Assembly (NCBI GenBank): GCA_964636975.1
Contig: CAZWTQ010000002.1
Location: forward strand, 27,374-63,700
DNA from: an uncultured Oxalobacter sp.
GTDB lineage: Bacteria > Pseudomonadota > Gammaproteobacteria > Burkholderiales > Burkholderiaceae_D
DNA length: 36,327 bases
Direction of reading: 5' to 3'
In this document: piece after piece, positions 20,939-31,814 of the stretch
Position numbering within the stretch: position 1 is the first letter of the stretch
How the letters are laid out: each line of letters begins with the position of its first letter
Program-made: the position numbers and the translations under genes
Notes under the pieces: generated by a model
The model's input: only the letters and a program-made list of their open reading frames with translations
Databases searched by the model: none
Told to the model about the DNA's origin: nothing

Positions 20939-21736
20939 CTATTCGTCCAGTGCTTTGCGAATCGGTTTCAGAAACGTTGTCACCGTAGCAGGGACTTCTT
21001 CCAGAGAAACCTTATTCATTTCCTGAATAAGAAGGGTTCCCATCACTACGGCATCTGCAGTTTGTCCTAACCGACGTGCCGTCTCAGCATCTCGGACACC
21101 AAAGCCAACTGCCACAGGAAATGGAACAACCGCCTTGATACGATTAATCCGTTGTCTAACTTCGTTCACATCAATGTTGCTTGCCCCAGTTACCCCTTTC
21201 AGGGACACATAATAAATGAAACCACCCCCAATCTTTGCAACATGCTGGATACGTTCATCCACGGAAGTCGGCGCCAGCAAGAAAATCTGATCCATTCCCC
21301 TGGCTCGTAACATCGCAGCAAATTCCTCAGATTCTTCTGGCGGATAATCCACAACCAGTACTGCATCCACTCCAGCATCAGCTGCAGCATCCACGAATGT
21401 CTGTTGTCCCATATTTTCGATCGGGTTGGCATAGCCCATCAGCACAACTGGAATCTGAATATTATTCTTACGGAATTCGGTAACCTGTTCCAGCACTTTC
21501 TTTAAAGTCATTCCATTCTTCAGGGCAACTTCCGAAGAATGCTGAATGATAGGACCATCTGCCATTGGGTCAGAAAATGGCATCCCGAATTCAATGATAT
21601 CAGCACCGCCTTCGACTAAAGCATGCATAATAGGCACAGTCTGTTCGATAGTTGGATAACCTGCAGTCATAAAAGGCACCAATCCTTTTCTTCCCTGTTC
21701 TTTCAGTGTTTTCAATGTTTGTTCAATGCGCGACAT
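20939..21736 (-). CDS. trpA: Tryptophan synthase alpha subunit
   Basis: EFGMPFSDPMADGPIIQ, LLAPTS, YYVSLKGVTG, VGFG. Confidence 0.97.
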   Translation of the reverse strand: MSRIEQTLKTLKEQGRKGLVPFMTAGYPTIEQTVPIMHALVEGGADIIEFGMPFSDPMADGPIIQHSSEVALKNGMTLKKVLEQVTEFRKNNIQIPVVLMGYANPIENMGQQTFVDAAADAGVDAVLVVDYPPEESEEFAAMLRARGMDQIFLLAPTSVDERIQHVAKIGGGFIYYVSLKGVTGASNIDVNEVRQRINRIKAVVPFPVAVGFGVRDAETARRLGQTADAVVMGTLLIQEMNKVSLEEVPATVTTFLKPIRKALDE

Positions 21737-21798
21737 AATTCATCCTATTTATTGGTTCTTCCCTTTCCATACGTGGCATCCAAAACGGGAAAGTCACA

Positions 21799-23031
21799 TC
21801 ACCATTCAACACCAGAGCGCTGAGCAACCGTGTGTATATCCTTATCACCACGACCTGACACATTGACCAGAATAATCTTATCCTTTGACAAGTTTGGAGC
21901 CATCTTCATCGCCTGTGCCAGCGCATGGCTGGATTCCAATGCAGGGATAATTCCCTCGATACGGGTTAATGCGTGAAACGCTGCCAAAGCTTCGTTATCA
22001 GTGATTCCAACATATTTCACCCTGCCGATATCACGCAGGTATGCATGTTCTGGGCCGATGCCAGGATAATCCAGTCCAGCAGAAATCGAATGGGTATCAA
22101 TGATCTGACCATCATCATCCTGCAACAGTAGGGTTCGGTTGCCATGTAGTACACCCCGAACACCCATCGCCAGAGATGCTGCATGACGACCTGTCTCAAG
22201 CCCGTCACCCGCTGCTTCTGCACCAATGAGTTTCACACCCTCATGACCAATATAGGGATAGAAAATCCCAATCGCATTAGAACCGCCACCACAAGCAGCA
22301 ACCACATAATCCGGCTGCCGTCCAGCGATTTCTGGCATCTGGTACAAGCACTCCTCACCGATGACTGACTGGAAATCACGAACCATTTTTGGATATGGAT
22401 GAGGTCCTGCAGCAGTTCCAATAATATAAAAAGTGTTCTCGATATTGGCAACCCAATCACGCATTGCTTCATTCAAGGCATCTTTCAATGTGTTTGAACC
22501 AGCTGTGACCGAAATGACATTTGCCCCCAGCAGTTTCATACGATAAACATTCTGCGCCTGACGAGCGACATCCTCACTACCCATAAAGATATGACATTCC
22601 ATTCCGTAACGGGCAGCAATTGTCGCTGTTGCAACACCATGCTGCCCTGCACCAGTCTCGGCAATCACTCGGGTCTTACCCATGCGCTTTGCCAGCAATG
22701 CCTGTCCAACTACATTGTTGATTTTATGAGCACCAGTATGGTTCAAATCCTCCCGCTTCAAGTAAATCTGGGCTCCACCGAGCATATCCGACCAGCGTTT
22801 TGCATGGTAAACAGGGGAAGGACGACCAGCATAGTGCTTCAGTTCATAACGGAATTCTGCCAAGAAATTTGGATCATCACGATAGCGCAGATAAGCCTGT
22901 CTCAGTTCATCCAAGGCATGGATGATGGTTTCTGCAACAAACAAACCGCCATAAGGTCCAAAATGACCGTGTTCATCGGGTAAATCATAGCCTTTAACTT
23001 GATAAAATGGACGTGTATCTTTTTCTTCCAT
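21799..23031 (-). CDS. trpB: Tryptophan synthase beta subunit
   Basis: [47 protein letters not shown]. Confidence 0.98.
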   Translation of the reverse strand: MEEKDTRPFYQVKGYDLPDEHGHFGPYGGLFVAETIIHALDELRQAYLRYRDDPNFLAEFRYELKHYAGRPSPVYHAKRWSDMLGGAQIYLKREDLNHTGAHKINNVVGQALLAKRMGKTRVIAETGAGQHGVATATIAARYGMECHIFMGSEDVARQAQNVYRMKLLGANVISVTAGSNTLKDALNEAMRDWVANIENTFYIIGTAAGPHPYPKMVRDFQSVIGEECLYQMPEIAGRQPDYVVAACGGGSNAIGIFYPYIGHEGVKLIGAEAAGDGLETGRHAASLAMGVRGVLHGNRTLLLQDDDGQIIDTHSISAGLDYPGIGPEHAYLRDIGRVKYVGITDNEALAAFHALTRIEGIIPALESSHALAQAMKMAPNLSKDKIILVNVSGRGDKDIHTVAQRSGVEW

Positions 23032-23082
23032 GAGAGACTCTCTTTGCTCATTTGGCTAGCAAATAATCCAACTGCCTATTGT

Positions 23083-23784
23083 TTATTTCATCGAAGGGAA
23101 GCACTCCATGCTTTTATCATTCGCCCAGCTAACATCTGCATGCCGAACAACATCGATAAATGCATGAATTTTTCCCGCATCCTTGATACCCTTTGATGCT
23201 TCAACGCCACTACTGACATCAACTGCAAACGGACGTAGCATCTGAATTGCACCAGTGACATTTTGTGCGTTTAATCCACCACTCAAAACGACCTGATGAG
23301 CGGTTTCTTTTGATACGATAGACCAATCGAAGACCTTTCCTGCTCCACCATAAACTTCTGACCAAACATCCAGCAGAAGCCCCCTGAACAACGGACTGGC
23401 GTTGCGGTAAACGTCGTTGTATTTTATCAAATCCTCTGAGGTTGTATTGGGTTTTACGCGGAAAGCTCGAATAAACGGTAGTCCTGATGCAACGGCCGCC
23501 AAATGGCACAACGTCGGCGTTTCATCCCCATGGAACTGTAATAATGACAACCGTACAGTCTGTGCTGTTCGGGCAACTATTTCCGGCATCTCATTTACAA
23601 ACAAGCCAACTGCTGTGATAAAAGGTGGCAGAAATGCCGTCAGCCGGGCAGCCTGTTCAGGTGTAACATACCGGGGGCTTTGGGGATAAAACACAAACCC
23701 CAAAGCATCGGCTCCAGCTTCAACTGCTACCAGCACATCCGTTTCACGGGTCAGCCCACAAATTTTGATTCGTGTTCGATTCAT
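23083..23784 (-). CDS. trpF: Phosphoribosylanthranilate isomerase
   Basis: RIKICGLT, GFVFYPQSPR, QFHGDE, LSGGL, VDVSSGVE; ATG 23784 (alternative TTG 23796 overlaps the truA stop). Confidence 0.96.
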   Translation of the reverse strand: MNRTRIKICGLTRETDVLVAVEAGADALGFVFYPQSPRYVTPEQAARLTAFLPPFITAVGLFVNEMPEIVARTAQTVRLSLLQFHGDETPTLCHLAAVASGLPFIRAFRVKPNTTSEDLIKYNDVYRNASPLFRGLLLDVWSEVYGGAGKVFDWSIVSKETAHQVVLSGGLNAQNVTGAIQMLRPFAVDVSSGVEASKGIKDAGKIHAFIDVVRHADVSWANDKSMECFPSMK

Positions 23785-23792
23785 TATGGTTC

Positions 23793-24578
23793 TCAAGGAA
23801 AAATCTCATCTTGCTGAGGTAATCCCCATTTTGGGTCATAGAAAATCCGAGACAGGTATAGTCCATCTGGCATGAATGTTGGTGCTGCTTTCGAACGGTC
23901 TTTACTTTCTAGCAGTTCTTTCATCCATTCCGGCGGACGATTACCCTTTCCCACATAAACCAACGACCCAATGATATTGCGAATCATATGATGCAAAAAA
24001 GCATCAGCTTCAAATGTAAAGACAATCACGTTTCCTTGACGTTCAATCTGAGCCGTATGTAACGTTTTCCAAGGAGTAATCGACTGGCACTCTGCCGACC
24101 GAAAAGCCGAGAAATCATGCTCCCCCAACAGATAACCAACACCTTCACGCATCTGGTCAATAGCCAGTGGGCAAAACACCCAACCTGCCCGATGACGCCA
24201 CAAAGGTGAACGAACTGGGCTATTATACAGAAGGTAGCGATAGCGACGACGGACAGCACTGGAACGAGCATGGAATCCTTCTGCTCCGCCTTGTACTTCA
24301 TACGCCCAACGGACTGCTACCGAAGGAGGTAACCACGTATTCAGCCCCCGAACCCAAGAATCAGGGCGACGATCGATTTCTGTATCCAAATGCACTACCT
24401 GTTCAGTCGCATGGACACCAGCATCCGTCCTACCAGCACAAGTTGTCGTGATATGGGTCTGTGTAAACTGAAAAATAGCAGATTCCAATATATCTTGCAC
24501 GGTCTTACCATCTGGCTGTTTCTGCCAACCATGCCTTCCCGTGCCATCATATTCAATTCCCAAAGCCATCCGTTTCAT
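23793..24578 (-). CDS. truA: tRNA pseudouridine(38-40) synthase
   Basis: EYDG, GWQKQ, AGRTDAGVHA, HDFSAFR, FLHHMIRNIIG, PDGLYL. Confidence 0.97.
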   Translation of the reverse strand: MKRMALGIEYDGTGRHGWQKQPDGKTVQDILESAIFQFTQTHITTTCAGRTDAGVHATEQVVHLDTEIDRRPDSWVRGLNTWLPPSVAVRWAYEVQGGAEGFHARSSAVRRRYRYLLYNSPVRSPLWRHRAGWVFCPLAIDQMREGVGYLLGEHDFSAFRSAECQSITPWKTLHTAQIERQGNVIVFTFEADAFLHHMIRNIIGSLVYVGKGNRPPEWMKELLESKDRSKAAPTFMPDGLYLSRIFYDPKWGLPQQDEIFP

Positions 24579-25201
24579 GGATTTCTTGCCTCATTTTTTG
24601 CTGTTGCCATCAAACTGGAGAATAGTTTACTGGAAACTGTTGTTTTCCGCAGGTTTCCAAGATACTTCAAGATGTCTGCCCATATTGCACTTGCCAGATA
24701 AGCTGTTGTATTTGCTGCATATTATTTTATCTTGCAAAGATACTGTACTTTTGTTGGGCATATAGTAGAACTCATTTGCTATTCGCAATAGTAAATACCA
24801 GTTCGCCTGATACAACTCTTTATCTAGTTTGATCAAGACAACGTGGATAACAACGAGGTTGATGTCGCAATCGCCAGAAAAAATTACCGCATTTTTGCCG
24901 CCTACCTGCTGATTATCGAAGATGGCACAAAACAGATTAACAATATCAGACGAATAGACAAAAAGCTACTTTCCCTCACCCACCGAAACCTACTTTTCGA
25001 CCATATTACCTGATGGATTTACCATAACATTTCCTCCCGTCACAGAAGTAAGACGATGTCCATAGCCTCTGTTGGTATTGCGATATTGAATGAAACAGAA
25101 ACAAAGAAAACCAACACATCCCTTGTCGACACCGTACTGATGACACTAACTGGAAAAATAACAGCCTGATTGATGATTTGGTCTTAATGTCTCGTCTAAA
25201 T

Positions 25202-25696
25202 TTAAACGATATTCCGTACAAGAACATAGTCATTCATGACGTAACCATTGCCGATATTGTTATTTTCCTCTCCAATGATGGTGAAACCGAACTTCTGATA
25301 AGTCTGTATGGTAGGATTTCTCCTGTTGACGTTAAGTTCGATGATTTTCAAGTCGTTATCTTTGCCTAGCTGTATGAGGAAATCCAGCATCTGGCGACCA
25401 TACCCTTTGCCACGCTGGTGCCCATATAGGTAGAACTTGCTGAGATGGAGAACTTTACCTTGGAGGTACCATGCCAAGAAACCAAGAATAGTATCATTGT
25501 CTTTGACAAAATAGTATTGATAACCTTCCAGTAATTGATAAGTGATAGCAGACACGGACTGAAATATAGCAATCATGTAATCGTTCATTGCAGAGCCAAT
25601 GATGGGATCATAATATTCTTTGACAATTTCAGAAGCGATGCAAGAAAGCCTTGCAATAGCAAGACTGTCCTTCAAAGCGATTTTCTGAAATTCCAT
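25202..25696 (-). CDS. GNAT family N-acetyltransferase
   Basis: LSKFYL, acetyl-CoA motif A QRGKGYG, LNVNRRN, YQKFGF, C-terminal IGNGYVMNDY; AGGA RBS. Confidence 0.9.
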   Translation of the reverse strand: MEFQKIALKDSLAIARLSCIASEIVKEYYDPIIGSAMNDYMIAIFQSVSAITYQLLEGYQYYFVKDNDTILGFLAWYLQGKVLHLSKFYLYGHQRGKGYGRQMLDFLIQLGKDNDLKIIELNVNRRNPTIQTYQKFGFTIIGEENNNIGNGYVMNDYVLVRNIV

Positions 25697-25961
25697 GATT
25701 GTCCTAGAACCAATAGAAAATTATAAACACCCTGTTTTTCATCTCTTGCCAAAATTTGCTGGACATCTAAACTTCAAACATCTTTTCTGTAAGAATCTCT
25801 CTCCATTTCATGGGCAATAGATGCCTCATTAAAACTTATCCTCTGCATCACATTGTCTGTAAACCCAGTAATTGCCTTTGATTACTTCCAAAATATTGTT
25901 TTCTACAAAAGCGATTGCCTCTAAATGAAAAATCAGTAACGATAACATTTCTCGATGTTTC

Positions 25962-27077
25962 TTATGCTAAGAGGATGCGAAGCATACGACGCAGAGGTTC
26001 TGCTGCACCCCACAGTAACTGATCGCCAACAGTAAAAGCTGAGAGGTATTCGTTGCCCATACCTAATTTGCGCAGGCGACCAACTGGAATAGTCAAAGTT
26101 CCAGCTACTTCTGCCGGAGTCAGTGCTTTCAATGTGTCATCTTTGGTGTTTGGAACGACTTTCACCCAAGGATTATGACTTTCAAGAATATCCATAATTT
26201 CATCTAGTGGAACGTTTTTTCGGAGTTTGATAGTGAGCGCCTGGGAATGACAACGCATGGCACCAATACGAACACAGAGCCCATCGACCACGATAGGATT
26301 GACATCAATCCTGCCGAGAATCTTGTTGGTTTCTGCGCCACCTTTCCATTCTTCACGGGACATTCCGTTGCCAAGGTCTGTGTCAATCCAAGGAATTAGG
26401 TTGCCTGCCAATGGGATACCAAATTGTCTGGTTTCTTCTGCAGTCATACTGCGCTGGCAGATAGAGACTTGATGATCGATATCTAAGATGGCAGATGCAG
26501 GATTTTCCAGATCAACCTTAACGGCATGGTTAAGGATACCGAATTGATTCAGTAATTCGCGCATATGCTGTGCTCCACCACCAGAAGCAGCCTGATAGGT
26601 CATGGTAGTCATCCATTCAACAAGATCCTGCTGGAAGAGTCCGCCCAATCCCATCAACATACAAGAGACCGTACAATTACCTCCGATGTAGTTCTTGATA
26701 CCTTTTATCAAACCGTTTTTAATGACATCAAGATTGACTGGATCCAAGATAATCAGGGCATCATCGCTCATGCGGAGTTTGGAGGCTGCATCAATCCAAT
26801 AACCCTTCCAGCCCGCATCTTGCAATTTTGGAAAAACTTCAAGAGTATAGTCTCCTCCCTGACAGGAAATGAGGATGTCACATTTCCTTAATTCCTCCAC
26901 GCTATAAGCATCTTTCAGTGTAGTCTCGTTTTTTGCCATTGCAGGCGCCTGCCCCCCAGCATTGGAGGTAGAAAAGAATGCAGGTTCAAATAGGTCAAAG
27001 TCTTTTTCCTCCTGCATACGTTGCATGAGTACGGAACCGACCATGCCACGCCAACCAATCAACCCAACGAGCTTCAT
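25962..27077 (-). CDS. asd: Aspartate-semialdehyde dehydrogenase
   Basis: [44 protein letters not shown]; start reassigned to ATG 27077 (GGGGAG RBS). Confidence 0.97.
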   Translation of the reverse strand: MKLVGLIGWRGMVGSVLMQRMQEEKDFDLFEPAFFSTSNAGGQAPAMAKNETTLKDAYSVEELRKCDILISCQGGDYTLEVFPKLQDAGWKGYWIDAASKLRMSDDALIILDPVNLDVIKNGLIKGIKNYIGGNCTVSCMLMGLGGLFQQDLVEWMTTMTYQAASGGGAQHMRELLNQFGILNHAVKVDLENPASAILDIDHQVSICQRSMTAEETRQFGIPLAGNLIPWIDTDLGNGMSREEWKGGAETNKILGRIDVNPIVVDGLCVRIGAMRCHSQALTIKLRKNVPLDEIMDILESHNPWVKVVPNTKDDTLKALTPAEVAGTLTIPVGRLRKLGMGNEYLSAFTVGDQLLWGAAEPLRRMLRILLA

Positions 27078-27109
27078 CTCTTTCTCCCCTATGCAACTTC
27101 TGGTGTGAT

Positions 27110-28177
27110 TTATAGCGCTGCGACGACAGCATCCCCCATTGCTTTGGTACCGACATGCTGACACCCTGACTCATAGATGTCCCCTGTGCGTAAACCACTT
27201 GCCAGAACTTTCTTGATGGCAACATCAATTCGATCTGCCTGCTCATTCATATTGAAGGAATAGCGAAGCATCATGGCGGCAGAGAGGATCTGTGCCAACG
27301 GGTTAGCGATGCCCTGTCCTGCGATGTCCGGCGCAGAGCCATGGGAAGGTTCGTACAATCCTTTGCCATTTTCATCTAAGGAAGCAGACGCTAGCATTCC
27401 GATAGAACCTGTCAACATGGCTGCAGCATCGGAAAGGATGTCACCGAAGATATTGCCGGTCAAGACAACATCAAGCTCTTTTGGTGCACGAACGAGTTGC
27501 ATGGCAGCATTGTCCACATACATATGATCGAGTTTGACTTCAGGATACTCCTTCGCCACATCGATAACGATTTCACGCCAGAGCTGGGAGGTCTCGAGTA
27601 CATTAGCTTTGTCAACGGAAGTCAGTTTTTTGCTCCGTTTCATTGCAGTCTTGAAACCGACATGGGCAATCCTGCGAATTTCTGGTTCAGAATAGCGCAT
27701 TGTATCGAAACCTTCAACAGCACCCTTGAAAGCACCATTCGGTGCAGTACGTCGCCCTCGCGGTTGACCAAAATAGATGTCACCAGTGAGTTCACGAACA
27801 ATTAGCAAATCCAAACCGGAAACAATTTCCGGTTTCAGGGTGGAAGCACCTGCCAACTCTGGATAGAGAATGGCAGGGCGCAGGTTGGCGAACAATTTCA
27901 GATTTTTGCGTAACCCAAGGATAGCCTGTTCTGGACGAAGTGCTCGTTCCAAAGTGTCATATCTAAAATCACCAACGGCACCGAACAGGACGGCATCAGC
28001 CTCCTGTGCCAATTTTAAAGTGCTTTCCGGTAATGGATGACCGTGATTGGCATAGCCTACACCACCGACATCCGCCCATTCCATTTCAAAGTTTTCCCCA
28101 AGTGCATTCAGAACACGTACTGCTTCGTTCATGATTTCTGGACCAATACCGTCACCCGGTAGAATTGCAATTTTCAT
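27110..28177 (-). CDS. leuB: 3-isopropylmalate dehydrogenase
   Basis: [46 protein letters not shown]. Confidence 0.98.
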   Translation of the reverse strand: MKIAILPGDGIGPEIMNEAVRVLNALGENFEMEWADVGGVGYANHGHPLPESTLKLAQEADAVLFGAVGDFRYDTLERALRPEQAILGLRKNLKLFANLRPAILYPELAGASTLKPEIVSGLDLLIVRELTGDIYFGQPRGRRTAPNGAFKGAVEGFDTMRYSEPEIRRIAHVGFKTAMKRSKKLTSVDKANVLETSQLWREIVIDVAKEYPEVKLDHMYVDNAAMQLVRAPKELDVVLTGNIFGDILSDAAAMLTGSIGMLASASLDENGKGLYEPSHGSAPDIAGQGIANPLAQILSAAMMLRYSFNMNEQADRIDVAIKKVLASGLRTGDIYESGCQHVGTKAMGDAVVAAL

Positions 28178-28265
28178 GTTTTCCCTCTTTTGAGTGGCAT
28201 CTACCTGAAAAGCAGGAGATCATTTCCGATAATATTTTCTTGTTCTTGACAATAATAATGATTTC

Positions 28266-28913
28266 TTAAATGGTGTTTGTCAGCCAAGGTTGATCAGCGA
28301 TATGTTTTTTTTCAAACTCGGCAATCTTATCTGACTTGCTCAAAGTCAAGCCGATGTCATCCAATCCATTGAGCAAACAATACTGGCGAAACGGATCGAT
28401 CTCAAACGGGATGTTGATACTGAAGGCCTCATTGAAGATTTGGCATTTTTCCAAATCAATGGTCAAGGTGAAACCTGGGTTGGCATCAACAAGCATGAAC
28501 AGATCATCAACCTGTTTTTCTGACAGTTTGATAAGCAACAAGCCATTCTTGAATGAATTGTTGAAAAAGATGTCTGCGAATGTAGGAGCGATGATGGCAC
28601 GGAAACCATACTGCTGCAGAGCCCATGGAGCATGTTCCCTTGAGGAACCACAACCGAAATTTTCACGGGCAATCAGAATAGAAGATCCTGCATAACGTTC
28701 CTGGTTCATGACAAACTCTGGATTGATAGGGCGGACGGAACAGTCCATACCCGGTTCGCCATGGTCTAGATAACGCCATTCATCGAACAGATTCTGACCG
28801 AAACCCGTTCGCTTGATGGATTTCAAAAACTGTTTTGGAATGATAGCATCGGTATCCACGTTGGCACGATCCATCGGCGCAACCAACCCTTTATGTACAG
28901 TGAATTTTTCCAT
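28266..28913 (-). CDS. leuD: 3-isopropylmalate dehydratase small subunit
   Basis: [42 protein letters not shown]. Confidence 0.98.
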   Translation of the reverse strand: MEKFTVHKGLVAPMDRANVDTDAIIPKQFLKSIKRTGFGQNLFDEWRYLDHGEPGMDCSVRPINPEFVMNQERYAGSSILIARENFGCGSSREHAPWALQQYGFRAIIAPTFADIFFNNSFKNGLLLIKLSEKQVDDLFMLVDANPGFTLTIDLEKCQIFNEAFSINIPFEIDPFRQYCLLNGLDDIGLTLSKSDKIAEFEKKHIADQPWLTNTI

Positions 28914-29006
28914 GTTTTTCCTATTAGTTGTTTTTTATCCGACTGTTTCCCCCCTACCGATTTTTGCACGATTCCAATGAGCTTTTAGTATAGGATCAAC
29001 ATCCGA

Positions 29007-29138
29007 TCATCTGGCAACATTGACAATTGCCGCTGTTTCTGCCCGCTGTGGCTTGTCGCTTTTACCTAAGAAGGTATAACAGGCAAAAACCAGTGTCACG
29101 ACAGCCAACATGTATGTAATGATCTTAATGAATTTCAT
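29007..29138 (-). CDS. Small entericidin A/B-like putative lipoprotein (43 aa)
   Basis: Manual translation MKFIKIITYMLAVVTLVFACYTFLGKSDKPQRAETAAIVNVAR; signal-peptide-like N-terminus with Cys20; AAGGA overlaps the leuC stop; occupies the leuC-leuD slot that holds an entericidin gene in Burkholderiales (recalled). Confidence 0.7.
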   Translation of the reverse strand: MKFIKIITYMLAVVTLVFACYTFLGKSDKPQRAETAAIVNVAR

Positions 29139-29152
29139 AGCGGGACTTTTCC

Positions 29153-30553
29153 TTAGAATTTACGGACATCTACAAAGTGCCCGGCAATCCCTGCTGCTGC
29201 TGCCATCGCAGGCGAAACCAGATGAGTCCGGCTGTTCTGTCCTTGCCTGCCTTCAAAGTTGCGGTTGGAGGTAGATGCACAACGTTCGCCAGGTGCCAAA
29301 CGGTCATCGTTCATCGCCAGACACATGGAACAACCTGCTTCACGCCATTCAAAACCGGCATCCCGAAAAATCTTATCTAACCCTTCTTTTTCTGCCTGCT
29401 CTTTAACCAAGCCAGACCCTGGAACAACTAACGCCTGCTTAACGTTTTGCGCACGTTTCTTGCCTTTGACAACAGCCGCTGCCGCTCGTATATCTTCAAT
29501 ACGCCCATTGGTACAAGAACCAATAAAGACTTTGTCAATAGCGATACTTTCTATCGGAGTTCCTGCCTCAAGCCCGATGTATTTCAGTGCACGGCTCATT
29601 GCATCCCGACGGACTGGATCTTTTTCGTCAGCAGGATCCGGCACATTGCCTTCAATGGAAACAACCATTTCCGGAGAAGTTCCCCAAGTAACCTGTGGCT
29701 TAATGTCTGCGGCATCAAGTTCAACCGTAAAGTCGAAGACAGCATCTGGATCGGAATGCAGAGTTTTCCAGTAAGCAATGGCTTTTTCCCATTGCTCATC
29801 TTTCGGCGCATAAGGTCGTCCCTTAACGTAATCGATAGTGGTTTGGTCAACTGCCACAAGCCCTGCCCGTGCCCCAGCTTCAATAGCCATGTTACAGATG
29901 GTCATCCTACCTTCCATGGAGAGAGCCTTGATAGTAGAGCCAGCAAATTCCATCGCACACCCAGTACCGCCCGCAGTTCCAATTTTACCAATGACTGTGA
30001 GCGCAATATCCTTTGCTGAAACGCCCGCCTGCAAGAGCCCTTCCACCTTAACCAACATGGTTTTCATCTTACTAGCCAACAATGTTTGAGTGGCAAGAAC
30101 ATGTTCCACTTCAGATGTACCGATTCCATAGGCCAGTGCTCCAAATGCTCCATGAGTTGCAGTATGGGAGTCACCGCAGACAACGGTCATGCCCGGCAAA
30201 GTTGCTCCCTGTTCCGGGCCGATAACATGGACAATACCCTGACGTTTGTCATGCATGTTGAAATAGGTCAGCCCAAATTCCTTAGCATTGGCATCCAGCG
30301 TCTCGACTTGCAAAAGAGAAACTGGATCCTTGATGGAATTATTGCGATCCTGTGTTGACACATTGTGATCGGCAACCAACAGGTTGGCAGTATTGCGCCA
30401 AGGTTTTCGCCCAGCCATACGTAACCCTTCAAAAGCCTGCGGACTAGTGACTTCATGTAACAGATGTCGATCAATGTAGAGGAGAGCTGTACCATCCTTC
30501 TCTATATCTACAATGTGGGATTCCCAAAGTTTATCATAAAGGGTTTTTGCCAT
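29153..30553 (-). CDS. leuC: 3-isopropylmalate dehydratase large subunit
   Basis: [46 protein letters not shown]. Confidence 0.98.
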   Translation of the reverse strand: MAKTLYDKLWESHIVDIEKDGTALLYIDRHLLHEVTSPQAFEGLRMAGRKPWRNTANLLVADHNVSTQDRNNSIKDPVSLLQVETLDANAKEFGLTYFNMHDKRQGIVHVIGPEQGATLPGMTVVCGDSHTATHGAFGALAYGIGTSEVEHVLATQTLLASKMKTMLVKVEGLLQAGVSAKDIALTVIGKIGTAGGTGCAMEFAGSTIKALSMEGRMTICNMAIEAGARAGLVAVDQTTIDYVKGRPYAPKDEQWEKAIAYWKTLHSDPDAVFDFTVELDAADIKPQVTWGTSPEMVVSIEGNVPDPADEKDPVRRDAMSRALKYIGLEAGTPIESIAIDKVFIGSCTNGRIEDIRAAAAVVKGKKRAQNVKQALVVPGSGLVKEQAEKEGLDKIFRDAGFEWREAGCSMCLAMNDDRLAPGERCASTSNRNFEGRQGQNSRTHLVSPAMAAAAGIAGHFVDVRKF

Positions 30554-30639
30554 GGTGCTTTTTTAGTTATCATTCCGGATGGTTTTTGATTGTACCACAT
30601 TTACCCTTGTTCCTGTTTAGGAACTGGAGCATGCGGTAT

Positions 30640-31806
30640 TCATGCTATTTGTTTATCCCAATGGCAAGCAAGCCATGCAACGATGAGCCCTACCAATGCC
30701 ATGAAAGCAGCACACCAATAGATAGTTTCATGGGACATCTTAGCCCAAACGAATGAGAGTATGAATGCTCCCAATGTGCCCCCGATGCCCCAAGAGGCAC
30801 TGATGTAGATAGCCTGGCCCCTTGCCTGCAATGCTTCTGGAAACCATTTTCGCACCATGAAAATGGAAGAAACATGATGGGCACCGAAGGTTGCTGCATG
30901 CAAGATTTGAGCAACGACGAGTATCAGAAAGGCAATAGCTCCAAACCCAATCATCAGGAAGCGGACAATGGCAATTAGTAAGCTACCCAATAATAACCAC
31001 TTGACACCGATGTACTTGATAATGGAGTCATGAAAGATGAAGAACAGGATTTCTGCAACGGCTCCCGATGCCCACATCACGCCGATCGTGAAACTGCTAT
31101 ATCCAAAGTCTGCCAGATATAGGGAATAAAACGAGTAAAGCGAGGCATGAGCTGCCTGCATGAAAAAGGAGGAGACCATGAATGCCATAACTTCTTTCCT
31201 GAACAACACCTGCCAGATAGAGGTTTTTCTCTGAACAGGCTCCACATGGGATGTCTGGTAAATCCTGAGGCTGATGATAAGCGTGATGCCCAAAACCGTA
31301 GCGCCCAACCATGGCATACAGGCAATACTAGCTTTTTCAAAGACATAACCTGCAGCGGCAGTCATAACAATGTAACCGATGGATCCCCAGAGACGAAGCT
31401 GTCCATAACGAGACATATTGTTTCGCATCTCGCCAAGAATCAGGGTATCAGACAATGGTCCCTGTGCACTGGTAAAGATGTTAACACCGAACATGAAGAC
31501 GATGAAATACCAGAAGGTTCCCGGGAAAAAGAATCCGATGAATGTTACCAACGCAGCAGCAGCTGTAAGCTGGAGCATTCTATCTCGCCTGCCGGTCAAG
31601 TCTGCCAAGCCGCCCCATAGGATGGGACCGATAATTCGGGTACCCTGCATCACCGCCATCAGCATCCCAATCTCAAAAGGACTGATTTCCCTGAACGCCA
31701 AATACAAAGAAACGTAAGCAGGAAAAACGCCAACAAAACTGTAATAGGCAAAATAGAATGCCCCGAAACTGAATGCCTGTTTAGGCCAGTCTGTATTTCG
31801 TATCAC
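30640..31806 (-). CDS. MFS transporter (MFS_1-like, HcaT/MalA-type)
   Basis: About 12 TM segments, WGGLADLTG, YGQLRLWGSIGYI, QILHAATFG, RGQAIY; probable GTG start at 31806, 8 nt after the aroC stop; the 31887 start in the track would overlap aroC. Confidence 0.88.
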   Translation of the reverse strand: MIRNTDWPKQAFSFGAFYFAYYSFVGVFPAYVSLYLAFREISPFEIGMLMAVMQGTRIIGPILWGGLADLTGRRDRMLQLTAAAALVTFIGFFFPGTFWYFIVFMFGVNIFTSAQGPLSDTLILGEMRNNMSRYGQLRLWGSIGYIVMTAAAGYVFEKASIACMPWLGATVLGITLIISLRIYQTSHVEPVQRKTSIWQVLFRKEVMAFMVSSFFMQAAHASLYSFYSLYLADFGYSSFTIGVMWASGAVAEILFFIFHDSIIKYIGVKWLLLGSLLIAIVRFLMIGFGAIAFLILVVAQILHAATFGAHHVSSIFMVRKWFPEALQARGQAIYISASWGIGGTLGAFILSFVWAKMSHETIYWCAAFMALVGLIVAWLACHWDKQIA

Positions 31807-31814
31807 AACCAGTA

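Noticed and set aside
21737-21798. Orphan DNA methyltransferase found between trpB and trpA in Burkholderia and Ralstonia
   Set aside because: The spacer is only 62 bp with no remnant, and absence may be normal for this family.
25829-25948. 39-codon minus-strand ORF after asd (MLSLLIFHLEAIAFVENNILEVIKGNYW...)
   Set aside because: Too short, with no clear RBS or recognisable family.
30554-30639. Leucine attenuator or leader peptide upstream of leuC
   Set aside because: The spacer is only 86 bp, and I saw no Leu-rich leader or terminator hairpin.
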